Assembly: GCA_044355525.1 (NCBI GenBank)
Contig: JBIKXZ010000003.1
Span: 1 to 32,260, forward strand
Source of the DNA: Chthoniobacterales bacterium
Lineage (GTDB): Bacteria > Verrucomicrobiota > Verrucomicrobiia > Chthoniobacterales > JACTMZ01
Direction: 5' to 3'
Length of the DNA stretch: 32,260 nt
Under the pieces are notes generated by a model that was not told the DNA's origin, did not search any database, and worked only from the letters and a program-made list of their open reading frames with translations. Each line of letters starts with the position of its first letter. Within the stretch, counting starts at the first letter, position 1. Below, piece after piece: positions 20,881 to 29,991 of the stretch. Both the position numbers and the translations under genes were made by a program.

Positions 20881-21822
20881 ATGCCCCCCGCTTCGCCAAG
20901 TCCGCTGCTCGCCGCCACGCTGCGAAAGCGGAAAACCGTGCCCGCGTCGCGCTCGCGCCTCATGCGGTGGTCCGAGTTGCCTAAGCGTTTCGTTCGCCCG
21001 CTTGCCGTGGTCCGCGCCACCGACCACCCGGCTTATCCGCGTCACCGGCATGAGTTTTGGGAGATTGTTATAGTGACCCGGGGCAGCGGCACGATGCTGT
21101 TCGAATCGCGCACCCTTCCCATCAAGGTGGGGGATGTTTTCGTCATCGCGCGCGACCAAAACCACGCTTACGAGGAGACCCACTCGTTGGATGTGGTGAA
21201 CATCGTCTTCGATCCGCACTACATCGGCTCGATGCACCCGCTGCTCGAGGACTGGATGAGTCGCCATGCCTTGTTCGCCGTGGGCCCGCGCTGGAAACCG
21301 GGCGAAGCGCCCGGCGAGTGTTTGCATCTCGGCTCGACCGAATACGCGCGCTGTCTCGACCTTGTCCAACGCATGGAGAGCGAACTGGAGCACGAAGGCG
21401 AGGAGGCGCGTGTCGCCGGATTCGCGTATTTTCTTCTCTTGGTTACCATGCTGCGCCGGCACTGCAAGCCTTGGGCGCCGTCCGGCAGCGCGGCACCTGT
21501 CGCGCGGATCGGCCGCGCTATCGACTACATCGACCAGAATTTCCCCGAACGCATCACCCTCGATGACTTGGCAGCCAGTTGCCACGTGTCGCGTCGGCAC
21601 TTTTTCCGACTTTTCGAACAAGCCGTCGGTGTGGCGCCCATGGAATACCTAAAGAAGGTCCGGTTGCAAAAAGCCGCTGAAATGCTCGTCACGACGAACT
21701 ACAACGTCACCGAGGTCGCCTTCGCCTGCGGGTTCAACGACAGCAACTACTTCAGCTCGCTCTACCACAAGGAATTCGGCATGTCGCCGAGCCAGTTCAA
21801 AAAAGAAGGCGTCCGGGCCTGA
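20881..21822 (+). CDS. AraC family transcriptional regulator with cupin sensor domain (RhaR/RhaS-like)
   Basis: HRHEFWEIVIVTRGSG..GDVFVI..H.Y cupin motif; C-terminal double HTH (ITLDDLA..VSRRHFFRLF...EVAFACGFNDSNYFS..FGMSP). Start uncertain (20845, 20881 or 20962). Confidence 0.9.
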   Translation: MPPASPSPLLAATLRKRKTVPASRSRLMRWSELPKRFVRPLAVVRATDHPAYPRHRHEFWEIVIVTRGSGTMLFESRTLPIKVGDVFVIARDQNHAYEETHSLDVVNIVFDPHYIGSMHPLLEDWMSRHALFAVGPRWKPGEAPGECLHLGSTEYARCLDLVQRMESELEHEGEEARVAGFAYFLLLVTMLRRHCKPWAPSGSAAPVARIGRAIDYIDQNFPERITLDDLAASCHVSRRHFFRLFEQAVGVAPMEYLKKVRLQKAAEMLVTTNYNVTEVAFACGFNDSNYFSSLYHKEFGMSPSQFKKEGVRA

Positions 21823-21954
21823 TACAGGCGAGGGAAGGGGCCTTGGCGGGTCTCGTGCCGCTCTAGACCCCATCGTTGTAGCGGCGCCATCCCCGGCGCC
21901 GGAGGAGCAAGCGACTACAGCATTTCCCAAACTGCTTTAAGCGGAAGCGGCGAT

Positions 21955-22017
21955 TGGCACCAATTCAGTATTTTTCGGCACCTTGGTCAAGGTCCGGGGA
22001 GAGGTCGTGGTCAATAT
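21955..22017 (+). promoter_or_regulatory. Putative activator-dependent promoter, copy 1
   Basis: TGGCAC at 21955 and CGGCAC-CTTGG-TCAAGG at 21976 (21-bp period); CAATAT at 22012. Confidence 0.6.
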
Positions 22018-22044
22018 TGGCAACCTTCTCACTCCCCCCGAGTT

Positions 22045-25000
22045 ATGAATCTCCCCACGCCCAAATTGGCGCCCGGTCTTCGGGCGTCTCTTATTGTTGT
22101 TACCCTCTCGCTGCTCGTTTGCCCCGTCGCTCGCGCGGCCACCATATCCTTCGTCGGTGTGGAGCCCGGAACATCTGGCAGCGGATTTGCGGCGCAGAAC
22201 TGGTCGAATGCAGGGGTGGCCAAGGACTACGACCTGAGCGGCAACGTTTATGGCACCGCCGGCTATTACCAGATACGCCCCACGCTTAATTCCTCCCCAA
22301 GCAATGTCCCAGGTGAAGCCGCCTCCGCGGGCAATAATCTGGGTATTACGGCGACGAATAATCCAACATTGTATTCCGCACCGGTCTTCTTGAGTTCAAT
22401 CACCGGCGCTGCGGGTAGTTACGTCAACTACGGGGGTTATCCAATCTTCCGCGGCCCGGACGGTTCTACGCTTTACCGTCAGGGTTCGCTCTCGGTTTCG
22501 GTTGGCAATGGCCCTTTCAACACTCCCTCCGGTGCCAACACCGGGTATTTCGGCGAGGCCTTCACTTTCACCATGGCCTCGGGTATCGGCGCGAACTTCC
22601 GCATCGCTGTTGCCGTGGATACCGCGGCCGAAGGCACTTACGCGCCTGATTATGTCAGCATCTACAATGCGGGAACGGGGAGCGTTTATTCCAGCCTTCT
22701 CGCGCGCAACGGCACACCGGATATGACAGTATTTGATGTTACTGCGACCGCGGGTGAAAGCTTCACGGCGGCGATGTGGCAGTTGGCGGGAACGCAAAGC
22801 GTGTCGCCCTATGGTCTCATCACCTTTGATGTCTCGCGCTACAATTTGGATGTCGCTTCGGGATCTCAGACCAACTCTTCGGCCCTCGGTGGATCACCGG
22901 CGGCTTTGCTCAAGACGGGTGCCGGGACGATGGTGCTGACCGGAGCAAGCACCTTCACCGGCGCGACCACCATCAGTAACGGTGCGGTCCAGTTGGGCGG
23001 AAGCGGAACTTTGGCCGGCGGCACCTACGGCGGTGCGGTATCGTTGGTAACCAACTCGTCGTCGCTCGCCATCGCAACCTCGGCAAACCAAACTTTGTCC
23101 GGTGCAATCAGCGGCAGCGGCTCCTTGGCCAAGTCGGCCAATGGCACGCTGACCTTGAGTGGAAGCAACAGCTACACGGGAGCAACCGTGGTCAGCGGTG
23201 GCACGCTTAGACTGGACGGATCGGGCGCGCTTTCCGGAAGCACCACCCTGCAAGTCGACTCTGGTGCCACTTTTTCGACGACCGGAACTGTGCTCGCCAG
23301 CAACAATGTCACCGTTGCGGGACTGACGGGGGCGGGAACGGTGACGGGCGCTGCTGGGACGTTGACGGTGAACAAAGCTGCCGGTAGCGACACTTTTTCC
23401 GGCACTATCAGCGGTGGCACTGCGTTGGCCAAATCGGCCGCCGGCACATTGACCTTGAGCGGCAGCAACAGCTACAGCGGGGGAACCACGATCTCCGGTG
23501 GCCGTGTTATCACTACCTCGTCCGACGCTTTGGGCGATGCTTCCGCAGTGATCACGGTCAGCGGGGGAGCATATCTCGATGTTCGTACCAATACGACGCG
23601 CACTGGCACGGTCACTTTCGATGGGGGATACCTCGCGACCAGTGCTGGGGCGCCGGCGTCGCTTGTGAACAACGGCGGCAGTTTTGTCCTTACCAACGCC
23701 GCGGAAATCGTTGCTGAGTTGGGCGGCACAGCTGGTCTGACTTCGGGCGGCGCTGGGACGTCGGTGCTATGGCGGTCGAATAGCTACACGGGGGCGACTG
23801 TCGTCAACTCGGGCACGCTGACTTTGAACGGAGCCGGTGCTCTCTCCACAAACACCTCTTTGCAAGTGGCGTCGGGCGCTACGTTTTCGATGACCGGAAA
23901 TTTCGCCCAGAGCAACAATGTTACCGTAGCGGGATTGACCGGGGCTGGAACAGTCACGGGCGCCGCAGGAACATTGACCGTCACCAAACCCTCCGGCAAC
24001 ACGGACCTTTTCACAGGGACTATTCAGGGCGGAATAGGCCTCACCAAGAGTGGCGCTGGGCAGTTTTCGATTTCCGGCAGCAATAGCTACACTGGTACAA
24101 CAACGGTCAGCGGTGGTGTGGTAAACCTCGCGAGTGGCAGTGGGTTTGGCAGCACAGCTGGCGGAACGATTGTGGCAGACGGTGCCGCCATTCGCATCCA
24201 GGGAACCAACGCTGGAGGCAGTGGTATCACTGTCGGCAACGAGGCGCTGAACATCCGCGGACTCGGGGTGAGCGGCGGTGGCGGCGCTTTGCGAAGCGCG
24301 AGCGGCACGAACACCTGGCAAGGCAAGGTCACCTTGGATGATAATGCACGCATCGGCGCGGCCACAAATAACCTGCTCACTTTAGATGTCGCTTCGGGCA
24401 ACGCAATCGAAGCAGCCAATTTCAACCTTAGCACCGAAGGCGCCGGTCATATCCGCGTCAACGACGCGATCAGTCTTGGCACGGGAGGACTGACCAAAGC
24501 TGGATCTGGCTCGTTGATTCTTGCCGCAAGCAACAGCTACAGCGGTTCCACCGACATCCAAGCAGGCCGGTTGACTCTCTCCGGCAATGGACGGTTAGGG
24601 TCCGGAGCGGTAACCATCTCCAACGCGAACAACGGTGCGCTGGAGTTTGCGGTAAGCGGAACGAATGTGGTTGGTAACAATATCTCCGGCGCCGGCGCTT
24701 TGATCTCGAGTTCAGGTGAAACGCGCTTCACCGGCGCGGTGACCAGCACGGGCGGGCTCACGAATTCGAGCAGCATAGTGCGTATAGGAAACGGAGGCAC
24801 GACAGGATCCTATTCCGGCAACACTGTTTTGAGCGATGCGGCTGCCCAGTTGGTCTTCGATCGCAGTGATGCATACATCCACAGCGGGACGATCTCCGGA
24901 AGCGGCAGCGTGACTAAAGTCGGGGCGGGGACGTCTACCCTTGCGGGTTTGAATACTTACAATGGCGGAACATTCCTTAACGGTGGCTGGCTGGTGGCCG

Positions 25001-26286
25001 GGCACACCAATGCGTTCGGCACTGGCTCTATCACCGTGGGTTCGGGCACCACGCTCAACTTGACCAATTTCAACATTGCCAACCTTGTCATAAATAATGG
25101 CGGCACCATCCTCTCTACCGGAACGCTCGATGACGTCATCGCTACGAACGGCACGACCGACATCGGCGGCAACAACAGCACGATCGAGGAGATTGGCGGA
25201 ACGGCTGTCGTCAACGTGACCGGCAGCAGCGTCGTGGTTTCCAACACAACGGGCGGCACGCTCAATGCCGATGGCTCCAGTGTGCAGGTTGCCTCGGTCA
25301 GCGGCGGCACGGTGAACCTCGGTGGCAGCAGCGCGGTGGTCACCGCAGCCAGCGGGGGCACGGTCAATGCCAATGCTTCCGGTGCAACCCTCGGCACGGT
25401 CAGCGGAACGGCGGCGGTCAATGTTGCCGGGGCCAATGCCCGCGTAGCCACCCTCTCTGGCGGTTCGGTGGCGGCCAATGCCTCCGGCCTTGTCGTCACC
25501 AACTTCAACGGCGGCAACATTGCGGTCTCCAACGGCGCCACCGTCGGCCTGCGCGGCGGTTCGTCCTCGGGAGTCATCTCCGGCCAAGGTGGCATCGCCA
25601 AGCAGGGAGCAGACACGCTGACACTTTCCGGTGTCAACACGCTCAGCGGCGCGACAACCGTCGAGCAAGGCAAGCTGATCGTGAACGGATCGCTCAACAG
25701 CAGCGCCGTCACCGTGCAGAGCGGAGCAACTCTGGGTGGTGGCGGGTCCATCGGAACCCTGACCTTGAACGGTATCCTGGCGCCCGGAAATTCTGCCGGC
25801 ACCACTACCGCTGGTGCGACGACCTGGAACCAAGGTGGCAGCTACAATTGGGAAATATTCAACTTGGCCGGGCCTGCCGGCACCGGATGGGACTGGCTCA
25901 ACGTCACCAACGGGTCGCTCAACCTGAGTGGAATCACCGCTCCGGGCGGATTCACCATCAACTTGATCACACTTACGACCGACAATTCTACGCCCGGCCC
26001 GCTCAATGAATTCAACGCAGCCACTAACTACTCAAACTGGTTGATTGCCAGCGCTCCGACCATCAGTGGCTTCAGCGCCAATCTCTTCACGCTGAACACC
26101 AGTTCCTTTGTCGGCGCGACCGGCATCTTCGCCATCGAGCAACGCGGTGGGGATCTCTTCCTGACCTACACCGGCGCCGCAGCCGCTGTTCCGGAGCCCG
26201 GAACTTGGGCGGCTGGAGGTCTCTTGCTGGCGCTTGCCGCGCTGGCGCGGCGGCGGGCCAAGGAGCGCGCGGAGAAGGCGGCCTGA
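22045..26286 (+). CDS. Secreted protein: unrecognised N-terminal domain + autotransporter-associated beta-strand repeats + PEP-CTERM
   Basis: Signal peptide ending ARA-; many LxKxGxGTLTLSGxNSYxGxTxxxxG repeats; VPEP-TM-RRR tail; no beta-barrel seen. Confidence 0.9.
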   Translation: MNLPTPKLAPGLRASLIVVTLSLLVCPVARAATISFVGVEPGTSGSGFAAQNWSNAGVAKDYDLSGNVYGTAGYYQIRPTLNSSPSNVPGEAASAGNNLGITATNNPTLYSAPVFLSSITGAAGSYVNYGGYPIFRGPDGSTLYRQGSLSVSVGNGPFNTPSGANTGYFGEAFTFTMASGIGANFRIAVAVDTAAEGTYAPDYVSIYNAGTGSVYSSLLARNGTPDMTVFDVTATAGESFTAAMWQLAGTQSVSPYGLITFDVSRYNLDVASGSQTNSSALGGSPAALLKTGAGTMVLTGASTFTGATTISNGAVQLGGSGTLAGGTYGGAVSLVTNSSSLAIATSANQTLSGAISGSGSLAKSANGTLTLSGSNSYTGATVVSGGTLRLDGSGALSGSTTLQVDSGATFSTTGTVLASNNVTVAGLTGAGTVTGAAGTLTVNKAAGSDTFSGTISGGTALAKSAAGTLTLSGSNSYSGGTTISGGRVITTSSDALGDASAVITVSGGAYLDVRTNTTRTGTVTFDGGYLATSAGAPASLVNNGGSFVLTNAAEIVAELGGTAGLTSGGAGTSVLWRSNSYTGATVVNSGTLTLNGAGALSTNTSLQVASGATFSMTGNFAQSNNVTVAGLTGAGTVTGAAGTLTVTKPSGNTDLFTGTIQGGIGLTKSGAGQFSISGSNSYTGTTTVSGGVVNLASGSGFGSTAGGTIVADGAAIRIQGTNAGGSGITVGNEALNIRGLGVSGGGGALRSASGTNTWQGKVTLDDNARIGAATNNLLTLDVASGNAIEAANFNLSTEGAGHIRVNDAISLGTGGLTKAGSGSLILAASNSYSGSTDIQAGRLTLSGNGRLGSGAVTISNANNGALEFAVSGTNVVGNNISGAGALISSSGETRFTGAVTSTGGLTNSSSIVRIGNGGTTGSYSGNTVLSDAAAQLVFDRSDAYIHSGTISGSGSVTKVGAGTSTLAGLNTYNGGTFLNGGWLVAGHTNAFGTGSITVGSGTTLNLTNFNIANLVINNGGTILSTGTLDDVIATNGTTDIGGNNSTIEEIGGTAVVNVTGSSVVVSNTTGGTLNADGSSVQVASVSGGTVNLGGSSAVVTAASGGTVNANASGATLGTVSGTAAVNVAGANARVATLSGGSVAANASGLVVTNFNGGNIAVSNGATVGLRGGSSSGVISGQGGIAKQGADTLTLSGVNTLSGATTVEQGKLIVNGSLNSSAVTVQSGATLGGGGSIGTLTLNGILAPGNSAGTTTAGATTWNQGGSYNWEIFNLAGPAGTGWDWLNVTNGSLNLSGITAPGGFTINLITLTTDNSTPGPLNEFNAATNYSNWLIASAPTISGFSANLFTLNTSSFVGATGIFAIEQRGGDLFLTYTGAAAAVPEPGTWAAGGLLLALAALARRRAKERAEKAA

Positions 26287-26349
26287 TGGCATTTTTGCGC
26301 GCGTTGTTGGCACAGGGCTCAAGGAGATATTGCCTTTGAAGTGTAACAT
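26287..26349 (+). promoter_or_regulatory. Putative activator-dependent promoter, copy 2
   Basis: TGGCAT at 26287 and TGGCAC-AGGGC-TCAAGG at 26308 (21-bp period); TAACAT at 26344. Confidence 0.6.
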
Positions 26350-26373
26350 TCCTGTCGCATCCGGATTTCTACC

Positions 26374-29300
26374 ATGAACAGATCCTCTATCTCCCGCAAA
26401 TTTCGCGCGTCTCATCTAGCTGCATTGCTGCTGCCGGTTTGCCTCACAGCTCCCGGTCTCGGAGCAACGATTTCGTTTGTCGGCATCGAGGTCGGCACGG
26501 ATACAAACAGCTACGCTGTGCAAAATTGGTCGAATCTGGGCGTCTCGAAATTATATGACTTGGGTGGGTCTGAAGTTTATGGAACCTCGGGTTACTACCA
26601 GATTCGTCCCACGTTGAGTTCCGCCCCGAGCAACGTCTCCGAAGCTGTCTCCTCGGGCAATGATCTTGGGATCACCGCAACGAACAACCCGACCTTATTT
26701 TCAGCACCTGTATTTTTGAGTTCACTCACTGGTGGTGCTGGGACCTTGGTCAACTTTGGAGGCTATCAGACTTTTCGCGGTCCGGATGGTTCAACGCTCT
26801 ACCGTCAAGGTGGCCTCTCGGTCTCGGTCAACAACGGGCCGTTCAACACGCCGTCGGGCAACAACAACGGCTACTTCGGCTCAGCTTTTTCTCTCACCAT
26901 GGCCTCGAATATGGGCGCCGATTTTCGCCTTGGGATCGCGGTCGACACCGTGGGGAGCGCCCAGTTTGCGCCGGACTATGTCAGCCTTTTCAATTCCGGA
27001 ACCGGCAGCGTCTATTCCACGCAGTTGTCGCGCGACGGGAACGCGGACATGGCTTTTTTCGACATCACCGCGTCCGCGGGCGAAAGTTTCAGCGCCGCTT
27101 TGTGGCAGTTGGCCGGCACGCAGAGTGTCGCTGTATTCAGTCTGATCACCTTCGATGTTTCGCGCTACAAGCTCGATGTTGCCTCCGGCCTGCAAACCAA
27201 CTCTGCGGTTCTCAGCGGTGCACCGGCCGCTTTGGTCAAGACGGGCGCGGGCACGACGGTCCTGACGGGTGTCAGCACGTATCAGGGTACCACGACGATC
27301 AGCAATGGCGCGGTTGAAGTGGGCGGTTCGGGCCGGCTGGCCAGTGGTAGTTATACCGGTGCGGTTTCGCTCGCCACCAACACGGCCTCACTCCGCATCG
27401 CGACCACGGCCGCTCAGACTTTGTCCGGCGCAATCAGCGGCAGCGGTTCTCTATCCAAGTCCGCCAACGGCACTCTGACTTTGAGCGGCAGCAACAGCTA
27501 CAGCGGGGGCACGACCATCTCGGGTGGGCGTCTCATCGCGACGTCCGCAAATGCTCTGGGCGATGCCGCTGGTGCGGTAACGGTCAGCGGTGGTGCTTAC
27601 CTCGACGTGCGCACGAATATCACGCGCACCGGGACCGTTACCTTCGACGGGGGCTTTCTGGCCACCGCCGATGGCGCACCGGCGTCGCTGATCAACAATG
27701 GCGGCGGTTTCGTGCTGACCAACGCCGCGGAAATTGTCGCGCAATTGGGCGGCACGGCCGGCTTGACCTCCGGAGGCACTGGCACCAACGCCTTGTGGCG
27801 TTCCAATAGCTACACGGGTGCGACGGTAGTGAGCGGAGGCACCCTGACTTTGAGAGGTGCGGGTGCGCTCTCGACGAATACCACTTTGCAGGTGGCATCT
27901 GGCGCGACCTTCTCCATGACCGGAGATTTCGCCCCGAGCAACAACGTCACGGTCGCGGGCTTGTCCGGAGCAGGGACGGTGACCGGCGGTGCTGGTGCGC
28001 TGACCATCGACAAGGCCTCCGGTAGCGACACGTTTTCCGGACAAGTCACCGGAGGGGTTGGCCTGACCAAGGCAGGACTGGGGACCTTGGTCTTGTCGGG
28101 CTCGAATTCCTATTCGGGCGGAACCCTCATTTCGGCGGGTGCGCTCGAGCTGAACGGCGCACTGCTCAGCGGCGGCATCACCAACAATGCCAGCCTTGTC
28201 ATCCATGGCGATCTGGTCAACGTGGTCAGCGGCACTGGTTCCCTGACCAAGACCGGCAGCGCCAATACATCCATCTGGGTATCCAACACTTACTCCGGCG
28301 CCACAGTCATCGAGGGTGGTTCGGTGAAGCTGGATGGCGCGGGGATGATCTCGAGTAATAGCGCGCTGCGGGTGGACTCGGGGGCGTCATTTTCCATTAC
28401 GGGATTTTTCACAGCCAGCAACAACGTCACGGTGGCGGGCCTGACCGGGGCAGGTATCGTGCAAGGAGCGGCGGGCACGTTGACCGTGAGCAAACCTACC
28501 AACACCTCGGATGTCTTCACCGGCAGCATCAATGGAGGCATCGCCTTGACGCTCGCCGGCTCCACCCAGCTGTGGCTCGCCGGCAGCAACAGCTACACGG
28601 GTGTGACCACAGTCGGAGGGGCGGATAATATTCTGAATCTTGTTCACGCCAACGGCTTGGGCAGCACGGTGGCTGGCACAACGGTGGGCAACGGTTCCGT
28701 GTTGCGCATTCAGGGGACCAACAATGGCGGGAGCGGCATTACCGTAGGTGCGGAGGCTTTGACCATCATCGGGCAAGGCCGTGGCGGCAACGGCGGGGCT
28801 CTGCGCAGCGTCTCCGGAACAAACACCTGGCAAGGGAAAGTCACTTTGTCTGGCGACGCGCGGATCGGGTCCGCCGGCGGCAGCTTTCTGACGTTGGATG
28901 TCGCATCCGGCAACGCGGTCGAGGCGGCGAACTTCAATCTCACCACCGAAGGTGCAGGCCACCTGCAGGTCAACGATGCGATCAGCTTGGGCACGGGAAG
29001 TCTGACCAAACTTGGCACGGGCTCCCTCATTTTGGCCACGGCTAACAGCTACAGCGGTGGGACGACGCTGAGTGAGGGATTCCTGAGGTTGGACACCGCG
29101 AGCGCGGCGGGCAGCGGCTCGATCACGCAGGTGACAAACAACTCCACGCTGCAGATCAACACCACCGGCACGGTGGCCAATGCTATGAGCATCTTCAATG
29201 TCCGCACCATGCAGACCGTGACGCTGAGTGGCAACAAGACGCTCAATAACGCGACCTACACCGTGGACGCGGGCACGACGACAACGGAGTCCGGCAGTCT

Positions 29301-29928
29301 CAGTGGGGCGGGCGGCATCACCAAGCAGGGGACCGGGACGCTCATCGTCACCGGCAACAACAGCTACACTGGAGCTGTTGCCGTGGACGCGGGAGTGCTC
29401 AACCTCAACAGTTCGGTCGGCGGAGCGGCCGCGACGACCAGTTCGGTCTCCGTGGCCAACGGCGCAACGCTGCTTCTTTCGCAAAGCGACCAGGTGAGCA
29501 ACACGGCGGCGGTCACGCTGTCCGGCGGGACCATCCAGCGCGCCAGCGGGGTAAGCGAGGTCTTTGGCTCCCTCAACCTCACAGCTTCGTCCTTTCTCGA
29601 TTTCAGCGGCGGAACAGCCGGGACGATCGAGTTCAGCGGGATCAGCTACACCCCGAGCGCACTCCTTCTGCTTAACATCGCAAACTTCACGCAGGGCAAC
29701 ACCCTGGTCTTCCAGACAACGAGCAACCTATCGCTTTCGGGTTTCAGCTTCAGCGGCAGCGGCGGTTTCGGCAGTTCCTCCTTCAACGGAACAACCTTCA
29801 CGATCACGGCAATTCCGGAGCCTTCGACCTGGTTGACGGCAACCGGACTGCTCGGCCTTCTTCTCTGGTCGTCACGCAAACGGCTTGCCCTGGTGTCGAG
29901 CGCCACCGGTAAAGGCGACGAATCGTGA
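26374..29928 (+). CDS. Paralogous secreted protein: same N-terminal domain + beta-strand repeats + PEP-CTERM
   Basis: Signal peptide; N-domain highly similar to 22045..26286; passenger-associated repeats; IPEPSTW-TM-RKR tail. Confidence 0.9.
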   Translation: MNRSSISRKFRASHLAALLLPVCLTAPGLGATISFVGIEVGTDTNSYAVQNWSNLGVSKLYDLGGSEVYGTSGYYQIRPTLSSAPSNVSEAVSSGNDLGITATNNPTLFSAPVFLSSLTGGAGTLVNFGGYQTFRGPDGSTLYRQGGLSVSVNNGPFNTPSGNNNGYFGSAFSLTMASNMGADFRLGIAVDTVGSAQFAPDYVSLFNSGTGSVYSTQLSRDGNADMAFFDITASAGESFSAALWQLAGTQSVAVFSLITFDVSRYKLDVASGLQTNSAVLSGAPAALVKTGAGTTVLTGVSTYQGTTTISNGAVEVGGSGRLASGSYTGAVSLATNTASLRIATTAAQTLSGAISGSGSLSKSANGTLTLSGSNSYSGGTTISGGRLIATSANALGDAAGAVTVSGGAYLDVRTNITRTGTVTFDGGFLATADGAPASLINNGGGFVLTNAAEIVAQLGGTAGLTSGGTGTNALWRSNSYTGATVVSGGTLTLRGAGALSTNTTLQVASGATFSMTGDFAPSNNVTVAGLSGAGTVTGGAGALTIDKASGSDTFSGQVTGGVGLTKAGLGTLVLSGSNSYSGGTLISAGALELNGALLSGGITNNASLVIHGDLVNVVSGTGSLTKTGSANTSIWVSNTYSGATVIEGGSVKLDGAGMISSNSALRVDSGASFSITGFFTASNNVTVAGLTGAGIVQGAAGTLTVSKPTNTSDVFTGSINGGIALTLAGSTQLWLAGSNSYTGVTTVGGADNILNLVHANGLGSTVAGTTVGNGSVLRIQGTNNGGSGITVGAEALTIIGQGRGGNGGALRSVSGTNTWQGKVTLSGDARIGSAGGSFLTLDVASGNAVEAANFNLTTEGAGHLQVNDAISLGTGSLTKLGTGSLILATANSYSGGTTLSEGFLRLDTASAAGSGSITQVTNNSTLQINTTGTVANAMSIFNVRTMQTVTLSGNKTLNNATYTVDAGTTTTESGSLSGAGGITKQGTGTLIVTGNNSYTGAVAVDAGVLNLNSSVGGAAATTSSVSVANGATLLLSQSDQVSNTAAVTLSGGTIQRASGVSEVFGSLNLTASSFLDFSGGTAGTIEFSGISYTPSALLLLNIANFTQGNTLVFQTTSNLSLSGFSFSGSGGFGSSSFNGTTFTITAIPEPSTWLTATGLLGLLLWSSRKRLALVSSATGKGDES

Positions 29929-29931
29929 AGT

Positions 29932-29973
29932 TGGCACTATCTTTAAGGCGCTTGGCTCTGAAGCTGCTAGAAT
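29932..29973 (+). promoter_or_regulatory. Putative activator-dependent promoter, copy 3
   Basis: TGGCAC-TATCT-TTAAGG at 29932; extended -10 TGc-TAGAAT with the hexamer at 29968. Confidence 0.6.
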
Positions 29974-29991
29974 GATCATTGTTGCAACACC

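Noticed and set aside
21882-21901. CGGCGCC-6nt-GGCGCCG hairpin after the AraC gene as a terminator
   Set aside because: No U-tract, and such stems arise by chance at this GC content.
22045-29928. Classical type V autotransporters, or a CRISPR/DGR-like repeat system
   Set aside because: The proteins end in PEP-CTERM, not a beta-barrel; repeats are in-frame protein repeats with no spacer structure, and no cas or reverse transcriptase gene is present.
21955-29973. TGGCAC boxes read as sigma-54 -24 elements
   Set aside because: None has TTGC/GC at the required -12 spacing; the fixed offset to sigma-70-like -10 hexamers fits an activator site better.
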